A stretch of 64,000 nucleotides of DNA from positions 6,103 through 70,102 of the IMG/VR virus record IMGVR_UViG_3300047561_001492. One strand, 5' to 3'. Positions 59,798 to 64,000 of the stretch are shown here, piece after piece. The notes beneath the pieces were generated by a model that saw only the letters and a list, made by a program, of their open reading frames with translations, did not search any database and had not been told where the DNA came from. Source of the stretch: a virus. Lineage: Duplodnaviria; Caudoviricetes. Made by a program: the position numbers and the translations under genes. The first letter of the stretch is position 1. The number at the start of each line of letters is the position of its first letter.

Positions 59798-59950
59798 ATG
59801 ACACACTACGCAAAAAAAATCCTGTTCCGACTAGCGCAAACTTGTAAACGCCGTGCGGACTATGCTTGCCGCCGCAACAACATAGGGCTTGCAAAAAAAT
59901 ATCTTTTCGCATGGGAAAAATTGCTTGACACGCGCGACAAACTTCGGTGA
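59798..59950 (+). CDS. Basic hypothetical protein (50 aa)
   Basis: MTHYAKKILFRLAQTCKRRADYAC...LLDTRDKLR; stop is 1 nt before copy D. Confidence 0.55.
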   Translation: MTHYAKKILFRLAQTCKRRADYACRRNNIGLAKKYLFAWEKLLDTRDKLR

Positions 59951-59951
59951 C

Positions 59952-60028
59952 ATAAAGCGTTGAAAATCAACGACTTACGGCGGCGCGCCCCGCCGCGCGG
60001 CGTAAGTGCTTGAAAATCAACAGCTTAT
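59952..60028. repeat. 77-bp element, copy D
   Basis: ATAAAGCGTTGAAAATCAACGACTTACG-GCGGCGCGCCCCGCCGCGCGG-CGTAAGTGCTTGAAAATCAACAGCTTAT. Confidence 0.9.
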
Positions 60029-60040
60029 AAAACATGCCTC

Positions 60041-60055
60041 GCAGGTGCCATGCCA
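60041..60055 (-). promoter_or_regulatory. Sigma54-type promoter facing copy D
   Basis: TGGCATG-GCAC-CTGC; 12 nt from the element end. Confidence 0.6.
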
Positions 60056-60129
60056 AGATTGTTGTCAAGCGAAAAATAAAAATAAAAAAAATCCCTTGCA
60101 CCTATCACAATTTTTGCTATTCTTCTCCT

Positions 60130-60264
60130 ATGCAAGCGAACTCCCTAATTATGGACGACTTCACGGCAAACATCCAAAGCGACGAGTTCGCGGCGGAATA
60201 CGAGGCATGGATCACCGAGCAGGAGCAGAACTACTGGCGCGAGATCGAGGCGCGGGGAAATTAA
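60130..60264 (+). CDS. Acidic 44-aa early protein (start 60130)
   Basis: MQANSLIMDDFTANIQSDEFAAEYEAWITEQEQNYWREIEARGN; leaderless promoter. Confidence 0.65.
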   Translation: MQANSLIMDDFTANIQSDEFAAEYEAWITEQEQNYWREIEARGN

Positions 60265-60267
60265 TTT

Positions 60268-60462
60268 ATGACAAACAACACCACGAAATGCCCCAAGTGC
60301 GGGGGCAACGCAACACGCACCTACGAGCCACCCTACCAAGAATACGCTGGAGCCAGCGTGCAGGGCGGCTACTACTACGTCGAGTGCTCGTGCGGTCACG
60401 AGGGCCACGAAAAGGCCGACCTCTCCGACTACGACTACATGGAGAACACGCGCGGCTGGTAG
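60268..60462 (+). CDS. Zinc-ribbon early protein (64 aa)
   Basis: 'KCPKCGG...YVECSCGH'. Confidence 0.7.
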   Translation: MTNNTTKCPKCGGNATRTYEPPYQEYAGASVQGGYYYVECSCGHEGHEKADLSDYDYMENTRGW

Positions 60463-60477
60463 CGCACACACTCAAAC

Positions 60478-60512
60478 GCTTGGCACGCCATATGCGTGTC
60501 AAGCTTTTTTTT
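60478..60512 (+). terminator. Intrinsic terminator upstream of copy E
   Basis: GCTTGGCACGC-CATAT-GCGTGTCAAGC-T8; same arms as 57021-57055. Confidence 0.85.
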
Positions 60513-60530
60513 GCAAAAATCTTATGTTAC

Positions 60531-60644
60531 GTAAAGCGTTGGAAATCAACAACTTACGCCGCCACGCCCCGCCGACCCGCGTAAGTCCTTGAATATCAGC
60601 ACTTTGCAAAAAATTGGTGCAAGTCGTTGAAAATCAACATTTTA
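60531..60644. repeat. 77-bp element, copy E (60531-60607), plus a third arm (60619-60644)
   Basis: GTAAAGCGTTGGAAATCAACAACTTACG-core-CGTAAGTCCTTGAATATCAGCACTTTGC; extra GCAAGTCGTTGAAAATCAACATTTAT. Confidence 0.9.
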
Positions 60645-60664
60645 TAGAAAATGGGGGTATATTA

Positions 60665-60753
60665 CTATTTGCTATTTGTCTATTTCCTATTTAGCAATTT
60701 CCTATTTCACTATTTCATATTTCACTATTTAGCAATTTGATAGTTCGCTATTT
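60665..60753. repeat. Tandem CTATTT-type microrepeat array (~12 units, period 7-8 nt)
   Basis: ctatttg ctatttgt ctatttc ctatttag caatttc ctatttca ctatttca tatttca ctatttag caatttga ... ctattt. Confidence 0.9.
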
Positions 60754-60878
60754 TAACAAAAATTTTATATTTGTCGAAATATTGGGGAACTTTCGACAGG
60801 TTTTCCCAACGTGTCGATAGCTTCGACATGAAAAAAGTCCTTGCTATTTCTACTATTTGGGCTATACTAGATGAACAT

Positions 60879-60952
60879 GGGGGTGAAGCATTAAAGTGAT
60901 GCAACGGACTTTTAATCCGTAGAAGAGGGCGCGTTACCCTCCATCCCCACCA
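60879..60952 (+). tRNA. trnK: tRNA-Lys(UUU), non-canonical T-loop and position 8
   Basis: GGGGGTG/CATCCCC acceptor, GCAT/ATGC D-stem, ACGGA/TCCGT stem with CT-TTT-AA loop, GAGGG/CCCTC T-stem, discriminator A, encoded CCA; own promoter TTGCTA-16-TATACT. Confidence 0.9.
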
Positions 60953-61018
60953 AAACTTTCTGAAAAATAATCAAAAAAACCCATTGACTAGACCATCAAA
61001 AAGACCTATTCTATATAA

Positions 61019-61282
61019 ATGAAAGCACTACTAAAGAAGATCAAACTGGCAATCGCAGACTCCAAGTTCGGACAACTCTCCAATCCTGTGTATAGGTTGA
61101 AGTATCGTCCTTACACGGACGAGGGAAACAAGGAGGTTTATGACTACCTCGTTTCCAGACCCTTCGACGGGTGGGTGAATGGATTCACCGCCTATGCTTT
61201 CGGCAAAGGCGTTCGTAGGTTCCGCTTCGACGAGATCGTTGATCGTGAAGTAGTTCAGATCTTTGGAAAATCTGTGGCGTAA
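61019..61282 (+). CDS. WYL-like domain protein (87 aa)
   Basis: 'RLKYRPY...FTAYAFGKGVRRFRFDEI' resembles the WYL 'R.FR.DRI' end; TAA sits in a GTGGCG/CGCCAC hairpin loop. Confidence 0.55.
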   Translation: MKALLKKIKLAIADSKFGQLSNPVYRLKYRPYTDEGNKEVYDYLVSRPFDGWVNGFTAYAFGKGVRRFRFDEIVDREVVQIFGKSVA

Positions 61283-61297
61283 CGCCACGCAATATAA

Positions 61298-61922
61298 TCT
61301 GCTCGACAATCAATATCGGAAACAAAAGAAGCAAAGTTAAACGGATCTTTGCGGTGGTCGCGTAAGCGAAAATCAAACATCCGCCGAAGCAGATAACAAT
61401 TTTTAGTTCTTTTACATTTTAGATTTTGCTGTGGTCATTGAGGGGTTTGCAACTGCGGATAGACTGAGAGGTTTACCAAAGGCAAATAGCGACCTGAGCC
61501 ACAGCACAATTTTTTCCGAACGTTTCGATGCGCGTCTTCATGGCGCGGGAACAAACGCAGAGGAAAAACCTCTCCCAAGCTCTGGCGGATACATCTCCGT
61601 TCAACTTGTGAGCTAATTGCCGAAAGGCGATTTGATGTCGGTGCCGCCAGAAGGCACGGAGTCAACGGCAGGGAGTTCTGGCCTCCCTGTCACTACTTTT
61701 ATAATTTAGAGGTTTGCATGGCGCATTGATCATGCAAAGCAAATCAGAAAGTTGTGTTTTCTGAGCCTCTATCTTTTGCATAGAAAATGCGCAATAGTTC
61801 AAAGCAAACTTTAACTATTCTGCAAAAACTATGCGCAATACTTTTGGAGCAACCACAAACCCTCTGGTATTAGGCGGCTGGAAGAAATTGGAAAGTTCTC
61901 TGGCGTAAGTCCTGCTCCGAAA
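61298..61922 (+). ncRNA. Candidate large structured RNA (or cluster of structured RNAs), family unknown
   Basis: No credible ORF; ~6 consecutive stem-closed domains, GNRA loops, complementary loop pairs (see findings). Strand inferred from neighbours and GNRA orientation. Confidence 0.65.
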
Positions 61923-61939
61923 TCTTTTAAAATAAAATT

Positions 61940-62161
61940 ATGAATGACATACAAAAATACTGCCTAATCGCTTTGGGCCTAATCGTCTTCGTCTCTCTTA
62001 TCGGAGGCGGCGGCGGCAAACGAACGGACGGAGTCTATGAGAGTGCCATGAGTAAACTTGACTCTGGTCGTCCTCTTAATGATAGGGAACAGCAAAGAAT
62101 TTCTGATATAGTTAACTGGTGTTCTGCACACAATAGGCCGATTAGAGAGTGCAATCACTAA
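61940..62161 (+). CDS. Membrane-anchored/secreted small protein (73 aa)
   Basis: Hydrophobic N-terminus, Gly5 linker, C-terminal C-x2-H...C; TAA lies in the left arm of copy F. Confidence 0.7.
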   Translation: MNDIQKYCLIALGLIVFVSLIGGGGGKRTDGVYESAMSKLDSGRPLNDREQQRISDIVNWCSAHNRPIRECNH

Positions 62162-62234
62162 AGCCTTATAAATCAACCACTTACGGCAGCGCGCCCGCCC
62201 CGCGCGCGCAACCCCTTGATATTCAAGCACTTAC
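62158..62234. repeat. 77-bp element, copy F
   Basis: CTAAAGCCTTATAAATCAACCACTTACG-GCAGCGCGCCCGCCCCGCGCG-CGCAACCCCTTGATATTCAAGCACTTAC. Confidence 0.85.
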
Positions 62235-62246
62235 GCAAAACGTGGA

Positions 62247-62261
62247 GCAGGAATCGTGCCA
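62247..62261 (-). promoter_or_regulatory. Sigma54-type promoter facing copy F
   Basis: TGGCACG-ATTC-CTGC; 12 nt from the element end. Confidence 0.65.
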
Positions 62262-62344
62262 ACCTTTCGGAACGCCCAAAAATAAAAAAAGATTTTTATC
62301 AAAGAATACCTTGCATAGCTTGGGGGTTCTGATATTCTTCCTAC

Positions 62345-62842
62345 ATGACAAGAACGGCAGACATCATCATCAGCACATACGGAAACGGCATTGCCGTTGG
62401 ACTCAAGGGAACACGCGAGCAGATCGAACGTGAGTTCAATCGCTTCTTCAACTGGGGAGCAGCAGCAGCAAACGTGAGTTTCATGCGTTCCAACGCTGAT
62501 TCCGAAATGCAGCATGGTGAACTCGGAGATTCATACCTTCACGAAATCGGACAAAACTTTTCATACTTTCTCTCCACGCATGAGGCTATGATTAAAGCCA
62601 TTGCCGCCGAAACAATCACGCGCTGGCAGGACTCACCTGTAAGCGAGCAATACAAGGCCAAGCCGCGCACTAACAAGAAGGCGCAAGGTAACAAGTTCAT
62701 GGCCGAAGCTCTCGCCGCAGCAACCGCAGAATACGAAGCCATGCCACGCGAAAACTTTATGCTGTTCGGTAAAACGCCCACGCACATTTACCAGCAACTC
62801 GACGGCGGTGCGCCGTCATGGATCAAGGAGACTGAAGACTAA
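62345..62842 (+). CDS. Hypothetical early protein (165 aa)
   Basis: ORF track; TTGCAT-16-TATTCT leaderless promoter. Confidence 0.8.
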   Translation: MTRTADIIISTYGNGIAVGLKGTREQIEREFNRFFNWGAAAANVSFMRSNADSEMQHGELGDSYLHEIGQNFSYFLSTHEAMIKAIAAETITRWQDSPVSEQYKAKPRTNKKAQGNKFMAEALAAATAEYEAMPRENFMLFGKTPTHIYQQLDGGAPSWIKETED

Positions 62843-62847
62843 AATTT

Positions 62848-63387
62848 ATGAAAACAACCACGCAAACCACACACACTAAAAATGACTTCTGCTATAATAT
62901 GCGCCGCTGGCCAGTAGAAAAAGAATCAAAGCCGCTTTTGAAAGAAGTCGTGCTTGACGCGATTGATGCGGCAAGATGCGATCTTGAGAATGGCATAGGG
63001 ATTGATGGATCGTATCTGTCAGACGATAGTAGTCTTAACGATTTTTCAGACGAGAAGAAGATCGTTCTACTTAACAACTTGGAGAACGCAATTAAAGGCA
63101 AACCTTTCTCTGGCATTTCATCCTCAACCGATCTCATTCTTGAAGAATTGTTGCATAGCGTTGTGACATCTCATGTCATAATTACATTTGACATGGAGGA
63201 TGATTCGGAGATGAAAAAGTATTGCAATCAAATCAGAAAAATATACTCACTCCATCACGACGATAACATTGCTGACAATCAAACTATAATCGACTGGTTT
63301 AGTGACGAATTATGGTGGGACTTGGATTGGCAAATGTTTCAGATCGACACTAAAAAATACGCACAGGAATATCTCAACAACATCTAA
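62848..63387 (+). CDS. Hypothetical acidic protein (179 aa)
   Basis: ORF track. Confidence 0.7.
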   Translation: MKTTTQTTHTKNDFCYNMRRWPVEKESKPLLKEVVLDAIDAARCDLENGIGIDGSYLSDDSSLNDFSDEKKIVLLNNLENAIKGKPFSGISSSTDLILEELLHSVVTSHVIITFDMEDDSEMKKYCNQIRKIYSLHHDDNIADNQTIIDWFSDELWWDLDWQMFQIDTKKYAQEYLNNI

Positions 63388-63390
63388 TTT

Positions 63391-63576
63391 ATGAAACCAC
63401 GCAAATATAAAATAAAAAAGGTGTCTTTTACTATGATGAGGAACGGCCCTACAAAAATTGGGATAAAAATATATTCACGCCGTAAAAAGAAAATTAAAAA
63501 AGCGCAAACAGCATGGCCCCTGCCTTGGACACCATTACCCCATAAAAAAATCCTACTTGCTTACGATATAGCCTAA
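63391..63576 (+). CDS. Basic hypothetical protein (61 aa)
   Basis: ORF track; TAA lies in the left arm of copy G. Confidence 0.5.
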   Translation: MKPRKYKIKKVSFTMMRNGPTKIGIKIYSRRKKKIKKAQTAWPLPWTPLPHKKILLAYDIA

Positions 63577-63649
63577 ACCATTCAAAATCAAGGACTTAAG
63601 GCGGCGCGCCCCGCCGCGCGGCCTAAGTTGTTGATATTCAAGCACTTGT
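63573..63649. repeat. 77-bp element, copy G
   Basis: CTAAACCATTCAAAATCAAGGACTTAAG-GCGGCGCGCCCCGCCGCGCGG-CCTAAGTTGTTGATATTCAAGCACTTGT; no sigma54 site on its right. Confidence 0.85.
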
Positions 63650-63702
63650 AAATAATAAAAATACTTGTTGACCCCAAATTCAAATGCGGCTATTCTTACA
63701 GG

Positions 63703-64000
63703 ATGATCACCACACAACTACCACTACCCATGCGCTGCTCCTCCGATGCTCTCATCCAACCAGAGCTTGAACTCAAGCCCACGCGCAATCCTGCTTACGC
63801 GCACGTTGAAGAATTTTTCGACGGCATACGTTGCGAGGACGTTGCTCGCTATACGGATTACTGGTCGAGTGTTGCGCCTTCAACCGAAGAGGATCACTTT
63901 TTGCGTTGGGTATTCGCCTTCATGTCTGTCCATACTTCATGGAAGTCAAACGTGAACGGATACAACGCGCTGAAGAATTGGCGCGAGTGGGAGAACGATC
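63703..64000 (+). CDS. Truncated ORF, weak resemblance to Ogg/HhH DNA glycosylase N-terminus
   Basis: MITTQLPLPM...EEDHFLRWVFAFMSVHTSWKSNVNGYNAL...; open to the window end; ATG 6 nt after TATTCT. Confidence 0.55.
   Translation, partial: MITTQLPLPMRCSSDALIQPELELKPTRNPAYAHVEEFFDGIRCEDVARYTDYWSSVAPSTEEDHFLRWVFAFMSVHTSWKSNVNGYNALKNWREWEND

Larger units (their letters stand above)
55289..63702 (+). promoter_or_regulatory. Set of 13 sigma70-type early promoters, most leaderless
   Basis: -10 box then ATG: TATACT 55312/55324, TAAATT 55534/55546, TATAGT 56113/56125, CACAAT 56331/56343, TAGAGT 57250/57262, TATACT 57480/57493, TAACAT 57897/57913, TATACT 58742/58754, TATTCT 60118/60130, TATTCT 61007/61019, TATTCT 62333/62345, TATTCT 63691/63703. 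TATACT 60863 precedes the tRNA. Mostly TTG-starting -35 boxes 16-17 nt upstream, after A tracts. Confidence 0.85.

Noticed and set aside
59925-59930. TTGACA copies (here on +; as TGTCAA near 56048, 57040, 57185, 60063, 60496) as extra sigma70 promoters
   Set aside because: No acceptable -10 box at 16-18 nt; the 59925 copy lies inside a coding frame. The GTGTCAAGC motif could still be an operator.
56035-60130. 5' extensions given for ORFs 56035, 56368, 58646, 58995 and 60034
   Set aside because: They run through repeats, promoters or upstream genes; promoter geometry and coupling support starts at 56125, 56560, 58754, 59031 and 60130.
61428-61509. Second tRNA (GCTGTGG...CCACAGC-A-CAA)
   Set aside because: A 7-bp acceptor-like stem and tRNA-like length, but no convincing anticodon or T arm and no CCA; treated as a domain of the RNA candidate.
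61298-61922. RNase P RNA, tmRNA, group II intron or hammerhead
   Set aside because: GAGGAAA is not followed by GTCC and has no P4 partner; no tRNA-like ends or tag ORF; no domain V; CTGAGAG is not CTGANGA.
55937-63649. 77-bp repeats as a CRISPR array
   Set aside because: Repeats are too long and divergent, spacing is 0.5-1.6 kb and filled with genes, and no cas genes are in the window.
55937-63649. 77-bp repeats as integron attC sites or REP/MITE elements
   Set aside because: No RYYYAAC/GTTRRRY ends, no target-site duplications, no integrase or transposase in the window; only the layout is analogous.
1403-63955. Many short ORF-track entries opposite or overlapping long genes (e.g. 1671, 2121, 14063, 23429, 25431, 55513, 59370, 60006, 61431, 62149, 63746)
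   Set aside because: Shadow frames of real genes or of repeats; no promoter or start context.

Overview
This is a 64-kb segment of a large tailed dsDNA phage genome (Caudoviricetes; siphovirus-like here: tape measure and tail tube, no sheath gene visible). It has two very different halves. Bases 1 to ~54.9 kb are an AT-rich, mostly minus-strand late region: terminase large subunit, portal, protease/scaffold, capsid decoration, major capsid, neck, tail tube, chaperones, a 2205-aa tape measure, tail tip and many fibre/LamG/beta-helix genes. It also holds a lysis cassette, four glycosyltransferase-like genes, PhoH, an ERCC4 nuclease and a sigma-like factor. About 18 late genes are preceded by a single GTGTAA-type box. 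From ~55.2 kb to the end is a visibly more GC-rich, plus-strand early-type region of small ORFs. The most striking features are there: (i) seven copies of a 77-bp double-palindrome element, five with a sigma54-type -24/-12 promoter exactly 12 nt away, placed so a transcript would start at the element's edge; (ii) sigma70-type promoters that put the ATG 6 nt after the -10 box (leaderless mRNAs); (iii) a non-canonical tRNA-Lys(UUU); (iv) a ~630-nt ORF-free structured-RNA candidate with a perfect 7-bp loop-loop match. Other notable items are a CCC-UAA +1 frameshift candidate between the tail chaperone genes and GFIPNF-delimited cargo modules in the tape measure. All product calls come from motif recognition and gene order by eye; no database searches or folding programs were run. 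A Gram-negative host that makes little use of Shine-Dalgarno sites is inferred, not shown.
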